Shown piece by piece: positions 23,865 through 36,826 of a DNA stretch of 64,000 bases. Within the stretch, counting starts at the first letter, position 1. Each line of letters opens with the position of its first letter. The translations under genes were made by a program, and so were the position numbers. The stretch is from Octopus sinensis (lineage: Eukaryota): assembly GCF_006345805.1 (NCBI RefSeq), contig NC_042998.1:115382001-115446000 (forward strand), given 5' to 3'. The notes below the pieces were generated by a model. That model was given only the letters and a program-made list of their open reading frames with translations, made no database searches and had not been told where the DNA came from.

Positions 23865-24142
23865 AAATGAAATAAAAAAAAATATACGCAGAAGATATCG
23901 TCACGCAAAAGCTGATAAAAGGAATACATACGTAAGATAATCCCACCAATAACAAGTGATATTTTTTCCTTTATTTTACATGATTTGCGGGGGGGGGGGT
24001 GCTTTTTCTTTCCTTTTTTTTTCTTTACAAGGATCTTGTTGATAACAGTTTCAAGCAGCCATGGATTTTGTTCTAATGTCTTCTTCGAATAATACTTTTG
24101 CTGCAATGGAATTAATGTGCTTTTGTCAGTATACGATAACGG

Positions 24143-24144
24143 CA

Positions 24145-24202
<58 letters not shown>

Positions 24203-24620
24203 GTAGTAGTAATGATGATGATGATGATGATAATGGTGATAATAATTATAGCAAAAATATGTATGGTAGTTATAGTTATTGTGAATATTGTATCATTAGT
24301 AGTTGTATTAATATTACAAAGACTAATGATGATAAAAATATGAATAACACTAAAAATTATTATCATTATTATCATCATTATTATTACTATTATTATCATT
24401 ATTACTATTGATATTATTATGTATTGCTACAACTACTATCATTATCTATAATCGCCATCATAATTATTATCATTAATTTCACCTTCCACGTCAGCATCAT
24501 CATCACCATCGCCACCTTCGCCAACACCCCCATCCATCATCACCATCGTCATCATCATCATCATCATCATCATCCTCATCATCATCCTCATTTCCCTCGT
24601 CATCGTCATATGTCTTATTA
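24143..24620. repeat. (CTA)n/(TAA)n/(CAT)n low-complexity tract
   Basis: Direct reading. Confidence 0.9.
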
Positions 24621-25252
24621 GTGTTTTTGTTGATTTTGATATTCTCTTATCATATAAAATATTTTCTTTTTGTCTGTGCTTTCTGTTGTTTTTTCTTCCC
24701 TCCTATATACATTTGAATCAAACGGAAATCACACATTCTAATACAAAATACATTTCTTTCTTTATAGAAATTGTTAATCACCCATCGTTGGCTTCTGGCG
24801 AGACATGCATATCGTCAACAAGTTTTATTTCTTTATTAACGCGTTGCTATATACCTACATATATTTATATATTCACATATATATGTGTGTATATATATAT
24901 ATGTGTGTATATATGTGTATATATACACATATATATGCATGTATATATATATATATATAATGTGTGTGTGTGTGTATGTATGTGTGTGTATCTCTATATA
25001 TGGATATATTTGTGTGGTTTATTGCCTGCGTGTGGTTTATTGGTTGTACGTGCACGTGCTTTCCTGTATGTGATTTATATAAACATACACATGCATACAT
25101 ACATGCATATGGACATACATTCTTATAAACATACATGCATCTTGTCACTGTTTATGATTTTATCAGATATGTGCGTGCATTCGTTGCACGTCAGAATATG
25201 CATACATACATACGCACATACATATTATATATATATTATATGCATTACATAT

Positions 25253-25319
<67 letters not shown>

Positions 25320-25979
25320 TATATATTTATAAATACGTGAGTGCACGTATACATATATACGTATATGTATATATGTACAAGCGATAATAATTTCTAGTTT
25401 CAACAATGCAAGCAATGAAAACGATAAAGCTTTCAATTTACATATCATGACTGGAAGTTTTGCACTTGATATCAACAATAGAAAAAAATTATTTGCGGAT
25501 TGATTTGTTATAGACTCGAAAAGAAAGCTCAACTGAAAGAGTTTATGCATGGGAGTTCATGCGTGCTCGTATGTTTCTCTGCGTGTGTCTGTCAATGTTT
25601 GCGATCATGTACAGCTAGTTATTCCCGCACTTGCATATCCACACACTCACGCATTCATTCATTATCACACTCGCAGACGATATAAACACGCAGCAAAATG
25701 CACATATTTGTGAATATTTGAATGTGAATCGGAAATGAGAGATATCAATCAATAGATATACAGATAAATAAGACGATTGTTATGTTTTGTATTTATACTG
25801 CTAAATATTTAGAGAGATACTTATACGCGCATACATACAAACTACCTCGTATATGCATATCCGCATCACAACCCATACGCATTTTTATGCATACAGTGAG
25901 AAAAAAAGAAGAGCTGTATACATTTAGATGTATATAAATCTATAATACGTGTGTGTGAGCGTGTATATGTGTGTTTGTA

Positions 25980-26077
25980 TGCATTCATATACGTACGCAC
26001 ATATGTGTATAAATATATAGGTATATGGATATATATATATACTTATGTATATGTATGTATGTATGTATGTATGTATT

Positions 26078-26128
<51 letters not shown>

Positions 26129-26210
26129 ATATATACATGTACAAATATATACATACTTTATATATATATATATATATATACACATATATAGATACATAGA
26201 CACATACTTC

Positions 26211-26259
<49 letters not shown>

Positions 26260-26435
26260 TATATAGATATATATATATAGTGTTGAAATTTAAAGAAAAA
26301 CAAAAGACGAAGACAGGTGTATGAACAACATGCTGGTGTATTAGTATATATGTGTGTGTATGTGTATGTATGTGTATATATATACATATATATATATATA
26401 TACATATATATATGTGTATATATATATACATATAT

Positions 26436-26498
<63 letters not shown>

Positions 26499-26575
26499 CA
26501 TATATATACATATATATGTGTGTATATATATATATCTTTGTGTCTGTATGTATGTGTGTATATGTGTGTGTTGTG
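25980..26575. repeat. (TA)n/(TG)n compound microsatellite
   Basis: Direct reading. Confidence 0.9.
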
Positions 26576-27164
26576 CATATACATTTACAAGCTGAGTAAC
26601 CCGTCGTTGCCAGGCAATTCTATCACCAAAATGCTTTTATTAATTTTTTTTTAATTCCATGTCTGACAATGATTTTCCCGGCGGATAGTGATCTTGTTCA
26701 CAAAGGATTTGCGCAATTTTTCGCAAAAGATTTCGTTGATGATTTTTGTTTTTCCCATTTTAAATTATTGACATGCCTATTCGACTGTTCCATGTGTCTT
26801 TATTCATTAATACTTATTTAAACTTCACAACCTCTTAAAACTTTCGATGTAGTAAGAATTTACTTACAGTTTTGTCTTAGATAGCTATCACGCAGAAAAT
26901 GTCAGGAAAAGAGTTTATGCTGATACTAGCATACTAAATTTGCGTTTTGCGTATATCTGTGAAGGTATGCGTATACGACAGCCCCAAACGAACAACGCTA
27001 TCTTCGCATTGTGCAAATTATTCAGCCAATCATATTGCTTCAACGATTTTTCAACGATCTCGTGTATATCATCACTCTTTTTGCCGCTTCAGATCGAAGT
27101 CCAGTCTAACCGACACTTTGGTCAGCCGAAAATTATTGTTCTACCCTCAATACTACATGGTAAG

Positions 27165-27430
27165 AAACTAGATTTCCAACCACATGGCCGTGGTTTCAGT
27201 CCCAATGCATGACATCTTGGTCAGGTGACTTCTAGTATAGCCTCGGACCGACCAAACTCTTGTGAGTGGATTTGGAAGATGGAAATGCGCACACACACAC
27301 GTGTATATCTGTGTGTGTGTGTGTGTGTTTTTTGCATCTGTGTTTGCCCACCCACTGAATAACAATCGGTGTTGGTGTGTTTACACACTCGTAACTTAGC
27401 GGTTCCATAAAACGTGAAGGAAAGAATAAG
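27165..27430 (+). mobile_element. SINE family B
   Basis: CCAACCACATGG...TTCAGTCCC...ATAGCCTCGGACCGACCAAA...GTAACTTAGCGGTTC. Confidence 0.75.
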
Positions 27431-27452
27431 CACAAGAATAAGGTTATAGCTT

Positions 27453-27518
27453 ATTCTGATGATTCACACGTATTCAGCTATGAATGTATTGCATCTTATA
27501 GCCGAAACAGCTGTAAGT
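27453..27518 (+). ncRNA. Hammerhead-like motif with distorted stem II
   Basis: ATT-CTGATGA...GCTAT-loop-ATAGC-C-GAAAC-AGCT-GTA-AGT; palindrome ACAGCTGT. Confidence 0.5.
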
Positions 27519-27561
27519 TTATGAAGTTCATAGCATAAATTTCTAATTTCTTATATATATC

Positions 27562-27610
<49 letters not shown>

Positions 27611-28055
27611 AATTTTTCAAAGGTTAGTGTTGCTACAAACGATGAGAAAGTATTAGCAAATCGACGACGTTTTCTGCGAATACTGCTAGTTGAAAATGTT
27701 TACTATAAATTTGTAGGTATACTGATATTTTCTGTCATTTCCTCCGCATATTTTTTCGAAACACATGAAATCTTTTTCTATATAATGATTGAAAATAAGT
27801 ATGTCTATGTACTTATCCAAAATCTCTAAGCCAACTTTTGGATCCAGCAAAAGCGTTACCATCCTTAATTTCTCATTTCAATTTTTTTTTAAGAAACGTA
27901 TTATCTTAATTATTCACTGTGACCACCCCTTTTTCAAATAAGTTCAGCTGCAAGCTGAATTTCTTTCCGCTTTTCTAAGGAAGATTGCCATGTCAATATT
28001 GTTGGAACCATTATACTTTTAAGTAATTCAAGGTAATATTTGCCATGTAGTGTAT

Positions 28056-28260
28056 GACGGCCAGTTGGCAGAATCGTTAGCACGCTGGACAAAATACTTA
28101 GTGGCATTTCGTTAGTGTTTAAATTCCGCCGAAGTCTTCTTTGTCTTTCATCTTTTGGGGTTGATAAAATAAGTACCAGTTGAATACTGGGGTCATGTAA
28201 TCGACCTACACCCCCCCTATCCTGAACTTGCTCATATTGTGCCAACACTTGAAACCAATA
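28056..28260 (+). mobile_element. SINE family A (degenerate)
   Basis: GGCAGAATCGTTAGCACG...AAATTCCGCCGAAGTC...GATAAAATAAGTACCAG. Confidence 0.7.
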
Positions 28261-28464
28261 TTGGTTACGTAGTGCAAGAATTACAAATGAATGTAATTTA
28301 ACATTAAAACAAAAAGCTTCACATTTTCATCTTTTATGCTTTCCTTAGCTAATTTATAATTACGTTTAGATTTTTGTTTAAAAGTCAGGGGACAATATAA
28401 AACATATATAAAACTATTCTCGATAATACATTGTAGCATCTAAACTATAAGCAGGGTGGTCCTT

Positions 28465-30196
28465 CTTATCAGAACGAAAATTATTCAAACTCACATGAAG
28501 TTCACATCTTATTCATTCTAGCAAGCAAATTATGCCAATTTTAGGCTGCTATCATCAAAACTTCTCCTTAATATTTGGCGAACGTATCAACCTGAGGTGG
28601 CTCTCCTTATTTGGGTTTCTCATAGAATAGTTCTTCCGTCGGTTTCTGATAGCTTAGTCTAAAGAGAAAAAGCAGCATCTATGTACATTTCCCACAAGCA
28701 TCCGATACTGATGAAAATGAATTGCCAAATATGAATCTAGATTAAATATTTGAAACAGAGTGGAATCACTTGAATGTTTTGAACGTGATCTTGGAGTGTT
28801 AAACAGACAATTAAATACGTTAGCCATCCATAGGCTATAAAATGGAATGCCACTAAGCATGTGTCTACTCAATTGCCATCAAAAGGTTTTCTTTGACGCT
28901 AGATTGTGGTAGATATTTGACTAAATGCTATTTAATAGCATTGATCACTGAATAATGATATTGAGAATGCATAGCTACGCGGCCATCAGCGATCATATTT
29001 CATTGTTGTTCAGCTGCAGACCAGATAAAAAATATGGATTCTTGCACAATAGAAAATCCCGATATTACATTTTAATGGCCTGGTTCAAACCTGATCCGTA
29101 GCAACAAAGTTCACCCGACACACCTCCCTCCCACCATCACTTCCACGAGGCCCGCGATACATTCCTCGCCAGTGTCGGCGATCAAGTTGTCGATGTGAGA
29201 CAACGTTTTCCTCTTCTTACTTTACCATGAAGTCGGTTCCACAAGAATAATTTGGAGGCTTCCAGTTCATATTATTTATATATCTGATAATATTTGTAGA
29301 GGTATATAGAAAAACTACTGTCCTTGAAAATCTAAGCTACAATTATTTTTCCTAACATTAAACTGATATATATTGTTGACATGCTTCAATATTTCGAAAC
29401 CATTTTTTTTTATTTCTTACATGAAATTTCTCGTTATAAATTTGCCAAAGAGCAACTTAGTCACCAATGTGACCTTTTACATATATATACTGAGGTTATT
29501 TAAGTTTTGCAAAACACAGTTTTTAGATTTGTCATAAGAATGATATTTATTATTTAAATTTACCGAAAAAAAATATCGTCAAATGTTAGGTTAAACATGA
29601 ATTTACATTGTAACATTTAAATAAATGTTTTGGAAATTATTGACATGGAATATTCTTACATCTTTATATGTACATTTCCAATTCCAGATACGTTTACATA
29701 AATACATACAACTGGGACACGCACTCACACACACACGCACACACACATACACACACAGACACACACACAGACACACACACACACACATACACACACATCA
29801 CACATACGCGCACACACACATACAAACTCACACACACACTGAACATCAAAAGGAATATATAAAGACACTGTGAAGAAATCCCTTGGTGCCTGTTACGTTA
29901 AGAAACGAGAGTTGTCTTTTGTAGCCTCCAGTCGTGAGTCCAGGTGGCATGAGTATGAGAGGTTAGTGTGAAATGTACATAGATGCTGCTTTTTCTATTT
30001 TGACTAAGCTACCAAAAACCGACAGAAGAACTATTCTACAAGAAACGCAAATAAGGAGAGCCACATCAAACTAGCATGTTCGCCAAATATTAAGGACATG
30101 TTTTGTTGATAGCCGACTAAAATTGACAGAATTTGCTTGCTAGAACGAATAAGATCTGAACTGCATGTGAGCTAGAAACATTTTTATTCGGATAAG
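28465..30196. repeat. Diverged ~226-bp inverted repeat pair (28465-28690 / 29971-30196)
   Basis: Reverse complement of left arm aligns colinearly to right arm, roughly 80 percent by eye. Confidence 0.75.
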
Positions 30197-31886
30197 AAAA
30201 AGCATTCAGCTAGTAGTTTGTTTCTTCATTCGAGAGCGCATGTAGTATTTTCTTTGAAGATTAAAAAGGTATCAAGGAGTGTGTCATATTAATAACAAAC
30301 CCCGAACAGAATTTCTCTTGCAACCGTTGCAGTGGTATCTACCTCTCAACGCATTCGCTTCGTAAGACACCAGTCAGCGTATCTGCAGCCGCTGAGGAAG
30401 GCTCCTTTCATAAATCTTTATTCGCGAAGCCAAGGCATGTGGAGAATAATTAAACCATGAAAGTAGTCCATTTCTGGTTTTTCCTTCTTTTCAGAATAAA
30501 CTTTTGAGGTTCTGAAAGTATAATTATTGCATTTTCTTTATCAATCGACAATCATTTTTGCATTCTATGAGGATTAACCTACATTTAGAGATCGAATCGA
30601 GATGAGATACTCTTCTATGTCAGATATGTTTAATACTGGATAATGACATGTGAAGACTTACCTTATTGTATGCAGTAACCCTGATATACGAATACAATAT
30701 TTAGTTTAAGATGTTTTATTACTTTCAGAACTGAATTCATGTCATACGAATTAGCGTATAGGTCAACGATCTATTGTAAGTTTATCCAATTTCGTATATT
30801 TCTAGCAAATATATCTACATACACAATAACTGTCAAATTCTATTTATTATTTCTAAATGTTCATAAATATTAGCCTCCAGGCAATTATGTCCGAATTGTG
30901 AAAGCATAATTTAAGTTCTTAATTTAACAATTCAACATTTCTACTTTCTACTTTCACATAGTATCAATATCGCCTACAGTGATATTCATATTATTTTAAG
31001 AACAATAAGAAAGCACGCACTGCTGCAATTTTACACACCTTTTAGTTTCCCATGTTAAAGTCTAGCATCAAAATTGGTAATCAAAATATGTTGTTGCTCA
31101 TATTATTTGTGGTTGATAGGAAGAATTGGTAAAGAGCCGGACACGACACTTAGCAATATTTAGCAATTACTGTTTACTTATGGAGTTTAAATATCGCGAG
31201 AGATAGGTTGGTTTTCATTGATGCCTAGTCCATAACTATCATTCAAGTACATACTGAGGAAGCTCGAATAGACTATAAGCGTGCCCACCAAATGTCTAGT
31301 GCTGTATATATTTTAGAAATTATTATTCATTAATTGACCGAATTGGTAGAGTGACGGCGGAAAAATTAAGTTGTTGCAGTTGGGTTAGGCATATTTACAC
31401 TCTTCGTATATATCTTATCAAGGATCGCTGAAATAAAGCATCAAGAACTTGTGTGAACTGTATCGACTAATCCGTCTCTTCAAAATAGCTAGCCAATATT
31501 TACAAGTTATCATCTATAACGTTATTTACTTCGAGTTCCGCTGTTAAAACAAATAATTTCATGTCGCGCGGTGTTTCTAAAGTTCTAGAATATAAACAAC
31601 CAATATTTCTTGCTGGTAAGAACAAAGCTAAAAAGAGTAGCGAAATTCGAGCGATTACCATGTTTCAATGGTAGAACGCCTGTCATATTTAGAGATATGG
31701 GTTCGTGTACAGCAGGCAGCCTTCATCTTTTTCTAGCCAATGCTAGTTAGAAATTTGGAAGAAACGTTTAGGATACGTATTGCAACTGTCATGCTAGCGG
31801 CGGGATTAACCCTTGCCCGATAAATCAATGCTAAGCACGCAGATTACTTGGATGCTTACTCTCATGGATAAAGAAGCGAAAGCTGA

Positions 31887-34800
31887 TCAATATCCCGGGA
31901 TGGTGGAATCTAATCGTGGCAGAGCGGTTTCGTCGCTCTGCCCGCATCTCGGGCAGGTCGGCCCCGTGTTTCTCGAGCCATGCCTATAGAGTTTATCCCG
32001 AACGGGTAGCGCTTCTCGGTAGCACCGCCAGGCCAGGGATCTCTGGAAGTTGTCCATAGGTCCCGGGCCGAAAGTCGTTTGAAACAGGCGGGTCAGGTAT
32101 TCCTCGTCGACGCCCAGGTTTGCTCCGAGCTCGTCGTCGTACCTCCCCTCCACTAATCCCCTATAGAATGCTTTGGTTGTGTTGAAGCCACTCAAGGTTG
32201 ACCCGGGACGGCAGAGTTGCTTGAGAGCAACGCGACACTCGCGGTGCCATTCGCCCTTCCTCGGCCTCTTTTTGATCCACGACTGTAGTTCGGTCATGGA
32301 GACGAGTTGCGGGAATGCGTGCCTCACAAACGGCGACCACACCTGTTCACCGTCGTCTACATAGAGCCGGAGATGTCGCAGTCTCAGCGCGTGTCTGCGC
32401 ATCATCAACCACGGCATGCCCAGCCCTCCTTTTAACGGGTGTTGACAGCAAATGGATCGCCTGACCATCGGGACGCATCCTTTCCACAAGAAGCGGAAGA
32501 GGATGCGTTCTAGTTTGGTGATGGTAGGGTCGGGACAAGGTACGACGGTCAGGCGGTAGTAGATGATGGACGCGATGTACGCGTTGACCACCTCCGACCG
32601 ACCTTTTAGGGACAGTTTCCTCTCGGCCCTTTGCTGGGCGAGAGTGACCACCCTACTCGTTATCTCGTTCCAGTTCTTCTCCATTTGGAGGTCCGGACCG
32701 AACCAGACCCCGAGCAACTCAACCGGGCCGTCTGTCCAGCGTCCCACGACGGAGGTACTGGTGGACGGCATGGGCTTGCTTCTCCAGGTGCCGAGCCGCA
32801 AGGCCACTGACTTTTCCCGGTTGATTTTTGCTCCTGTCACCGCTTCGTAGTCTTTCAGTGTCTCGCTGACCCGCTCGATGTGCTCGTGGCTTGACACTAT
32901 GACGGTGACGTCGTCCGCGTATGCAGACACGCTCGTCCCGCATCCCAATTCTCGCGGGATGCCCCTTAGAGTCGCCAGCTTCCGCAGTAGTGGCTCAAGA
33001 GTCAATACGTATAGAAGCGCCGAGAGGGGGCATCCCTGACGGACCGAACGTGCAATGTCGAAAGGTCTCGATAAATGTCCATTTACGCGAATTACCGAAC
33101 GGATGCCTCTGTACAAGGCAGCTATCCAGCCGCGGAAGACGGGACCGAAACCAGCCGCTCTCAGGACTGCCTCCAAGTATCGATGGTCTACCCTATCAAA
33201 GGCTTTCGATTGATCCAAGTTGATCAGGGCCCCACCCATGCCAGGTTCGTTAACTACCCTGTCTATGATGTAGCGCATCAGATGGAGGTTGTCATGGATG
33301 CTCCGGCCCGGCACGGCACACGTTTGTGCGTTGTCAACCAGTTTCTCGATGACAAGCGCCAACCTCTTGGCTAACACCTTTGTCAAAATTTTCAGGTCTG
33401 CATTGAGCAGCGTGATTGGTCTAAAGTTATCTATAATGTTTCCCTTGTTTGGATCTTTCTTCAGCAGAGTTACAGCTCCTCGACTCACAAAACCGGGTAT
33501 GCTCCCGTTTTGCTGCCAGTTGCAGTATACCGCTGCCAAGACGTCTCCAAACAAGTCTGGCATACAATTGTAAAACTCGTAGGGTAGACCATCCAAACCC
33601 GGTGATTTGTCCCTCGAGCATTCTGCTATCGCTTCCTGCACTTCCGCCGCTGTGATGGCACCTTCGCAGCACCCTGCCTTTCTTGTCGAGAGTCGTGGCA
33701 GGCTATGTAGGTAGGCACTGAAGTCCACCCTACGTTCTTGCCCTCCACTCGTCCCGAACAGTCGGGCAAAATGCTGCTGAAAGGCCTCACACATTTTACT
33801 TGGCTCGAGCAATTCGCGCCCCTGTTCATCTACCAGTGACCGAATGGTGGCTTTGTTGCCCTGTTGCGCCTCTGCCACCCGGGCCTCTCTCGCGGCTCCA
33901 ACACCTTCGTTCCTTAGAGCACGCATCCTAGCTCTGACAGCACATCCTTCGTGTTTGGCGTTGAAGTGTTGGTCGAGGGCCAACCTCGCCGCCAAAACGT
34001 CGGATGCGATGCCGCTTCTAATTGCCTCTTCTAGCTTCTTAACTAGCTCACCCTCTACTCTATTTCTATCTATGGCTAGTGCTTTGCTGTACCTAATCGC
34101 TTCTGCTTTTACTGCTCCCTTGAGGGCAAACCACCATTTGTTGTTGATGATGGCTCCCGTCAAAGCCCTCTTTACTAGTGTGCTAATCCGGTCTCTGAAA
34201 ACTTGTCTGGACGGGAATGATGCGTTCAGTTTCCAGTACCCAGGACCCTGTCTATGTGCCTTATCTAAGTCTAGCGTACACGTCACCAATTTGTGATCCG
34301 TGTAGCTGACTGTGTGGAATTGTGAACATCCTAAGTTATCCTTGTCTACTGTCCTACACAGTATCCTATCTAGATACGATCTCGACGACCCACTGCGGTT
34401 GCTCCATGTCCACGTTGGTGCATTTGGGTGGTCGAGTCGGTACCTGTCAGACAGTTGGAATCGTCTGAGCAGGTCTCTGAGGCATTTGCATCCCCTTCTG
34501 TTTCTGTCTCTACCCACGTAGTCTACATGCGTGTCCAAGGTAGCATTCCAATCCCCCACTAAGAGTAAAGGACGAGACGTTCCCAAGAATACTTCTAGAC
34601 GTCGAAAGAAATCCGCCCGACCTGTTAAGGGCGGTGCGTAGACTGATACGAGTCGAAAAGCGCACCCATTGCTGCCGTCAACATCCAGAACGATCAGTCT
34701 ACCCTCCGGGTCTACGAATATCGTCTTGACTTCGAGATCCAGGCTCTTGTGAAAAAGTACCGCGGTGCCACTACCGCCCATCCTCGGCAGACAGGGAGCG

Positions 34801-34973
34801 AAATAAATGTTAAACTGTCCGCCAAACATGGACTTTAGGGCCCGTGGCTCGTGGAGTCTGGTCTCACTTATGGCTATGATTCCCAAATCATGTGACTTGA
34901 TGTCATTTAGGAGGTATCCTTGTTTCCACGGAGACCCCAAGCCACGCGCATTCACACAACCAATCTTGACCAT
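31887..34973 (-). CDS. L1/Tx1-clade LINE ORF2: AP endonuclease + reverse transcriptase (truncated zinc knuckle)
   Basis: Open from ATG at 34973; APE motifs NARGL, SETRL, GDWN, SYLDRI, TDH; RT motifs KSPGLDG, RPITLLN, LDQSKAFDRV, QGCPLS, YADD; ends CPRCGQSDET then unrelated sequence. Confidence 0.95.
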   Translation of the reverse strand: MVKIGCVNARGLGSPWKQGYLLNDIKSHDLGIIAISETRLHEPRALKSMFGGQFNIYFAPCLPRMGGSGTAVLFHKSLDLEVKTIFVDPEGRLIVLDVDGSNGCAFRLVSVYAPPLTGRADFFRRLEVFLGTSRPLLLVGDWNATLDTHVDYVGRDRNRRGCKCLRDLLRRFQLSDRYRLDHPNAPTWTWSNRSGSSRSYLDRILCRTVDKDNLGCSQFHTVSYTDHKLVTCTLDLDKAHRQGPGYWKLNASFPSRQVFRDRISTLVKRALTGAIINNKWWFALKGAVKAEAIRYSKALAIDRNRVEGELVKKLEEAIRSGIASDVLAARLALDQHFNAKHEGCAVRARMRALRNEGVGAAREARVAEAQQGNKATIRSLVDEQGRELLEPSKMCEAFQQHFARLFGTSGGQERRVDFSAYLHSLPRLSTRKAGCCEGAITAAEVQEAIAECSRDKSPGLDGLPYEFYNCMPDLFGDVLAAVYCNWQQNGSIPGFVSRGAVTLLKKDPNKGNIIDNFRPITLLNADLKILTKVLAKRLALVIEKLVDNAQTCAVPGRSIHDNLHLMRYIIDRVVNEPGMGGALINLDQSKAFDRVDHRYLEAVLRAAGFGPVFRGWIAALYRGIRSVIRVNGHLSRPFDIARSVRQGCPLSALLYVLTLEPLLRKLATLRGIPRELGCGTSVSAYADDVTVIVSSHEHIERVSETLKDYEAVTGAKINREKSVALRLGTWRSKPMPSTSTSVVGRWTDGPVELLGVWFGPDLQMEKNWNEITSRVVTLAQQRAERKLSLKGRSEVVNAYIASIIYYRLTVVPCPDPTITKLERILFRFLWKGCVPMVRRSICCQHPLKGGLGMPWLMMRRHALRLRHLRLYVDDGEQVWSPFVRHAFPQLVSMTELQSWIKKRPRKGEWHRECRVALKQLCRPGSTLSGFNTTKAFYRGLVEGRYDDELGANLGVDEEYLTRLFQTTFGPGPMDNFQRSLAWRCYREALPVRDKLYRHGSRNTGPTCPRCGQSDETALPRLDSTIPGY

Positions 34974-34989
34974 GATTCTATTGGGGTGT

Positions 34990-35064
<75 letters not shown>

Positions 35065-35065
35065 G
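34990..35065. repeat. (GATA)n microsatellite abutting the LINE 5' end
   Basis: Direct reading; explains the spurious N-terminal SIYL repeats of the 1064-aa ORF. Confidence 0.97.
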
Positions 35066-35387
35066 GATAGATTTCGTTCAAAATCTCTCAATTTTTTGTT
35101 ACTTCTTACATGCATTCGTTACAATGGTGATTGCAGTTTTGGTTATCATGATGATGGTGATGATGATAATGGAGGTGATAATCGTATTGGTTATGATGAT
35201 CATAATGATGAGTATGTCGATAATGAGGAAGAGGAAAAGGGAGCGGAGGGTAATGATCGCGGTGGGTATGACGGTGATGATGATGACAAAGATGATATCG
35301 ATAGTAACGATTGCTAGAAGATTGACATTGTAGTTGGTCCAGCACTGCTGCCGTACTTTTGTCATAACTACAACAACAACAACAACA

Positions 35388-35446
<59 letters not shown>

Positions 35447-36718
35447 ATTATGCTAAGTAAGTATCATATTTATGATAGCTCTAGCCGCTCGAAAACCAAA
35501 CTCTCACTCCACTTGTATGACGCACAGTATTTGTAAGGAAAATATAGTTCTTGATATGCAATATCCAGGGGAAGATCTGTCTATTCACGGTTGGAAAGTC
35601 TTCAGAAATTGCTTCGTTCGACCAGAGCTAAACAACTGGATAGCTACGTCCGAAAGTTGCTTCCGTCAAAAAGCTGCTCTGTTCTGACTTAGGACTATGA
35701 TTAAAGCATTCTCAACAGCTTCTGTTAGAGAAAGATGAAAAGCCATGTCGGCTTCAGGTGACTTTATCTGAATACGTTAAATGGTATGATTCATTATTGG
35801 CTAAAAGCAAAGGTTACTCAATTTCACCAATGGAGACATAACCACCTAGGTATCCGTAACCGGCAAAGTATATGAATCCGCATAAGCATTATACAACGTA
35901 CAACAACATCGTTTACTATCATTTAAGAAACAAATATGTTGATTGCTACATCTTCCCAGATAATTGCCTTCTCTCTCTGCTTTCTCGATATTGATGCCAT
36001 TTCTGAATTTGTGTTCACGACCTCTGAGATCGCCATTTAGTCGCGTTTCAGAATTACCTGGTTTGAAACATTGTTACGAACGGTTTAAGTTCCGCTAGAC
36101 AGATTGGGTCACCTTGTACGATATGAGCTTTATATACAGCTACATGTCTTTTCTGACCTGAAATCGACTTGCATGCAGCTGGCCATTCAGAGGGGTTCAA
36201 ATGGTTAGCATACCTAGCCTCAAAAAAGAGTAGGCAATCATATATTTCACACTTCCAGAGCTTTATGTCCTAATCAACATTCTGACGACAGCGCTTCCGA
36301 AAACAACGAATATATACACGTATATTTACGTGTGTATATGATAATGACTGTCTACTCGATACCGAGCAAGACCGTCACTGACGATTAAGAACATTGTGTA
36401 TTTAGAAAAAAATTATCCTCTACATTTGTAACTCAGCTGGTGACTAATGAGCTCAGGTTTTGATAAACAAAAACATCCGCAGATATTGCAGGCTAAACTT
36501 TCTACATTCACTACACTGGTGGGGTATTTACTAACAGCTCGCTTAGATTCTGCATTAAGAAATGCACACACACACACACACACATACACACACATACACA
36601 CACACACAACACACACACACACAAACACACAAACACACACACATACACACACAAACACACACATACATATATATATGTATACATACACATATATGTTTGT
36701 GTGTGTATGTGCATATAT

Positions 36719-36754
<36 letters not shown>

Positions 36755-36826
36755 ATATATATTGATAAAACGGTAAGATAACAAAAGAAAGAAAGAGACC
36801 TCAATATTATGTAAATAGAGAAAATT

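Noticed and set aside
28705-28765. CTGATGA...GAAACAGAGTG
   Set aside because: GUG triplet, no stem I; plausible by chance in AT-rich DNA.
32173-34998. Plus-strand and alternative-frame ORFs overlapping the L1/Tx1 ORF2
   Set aside because: Shadow ORFs in a GC-rich coding region; no motifs.
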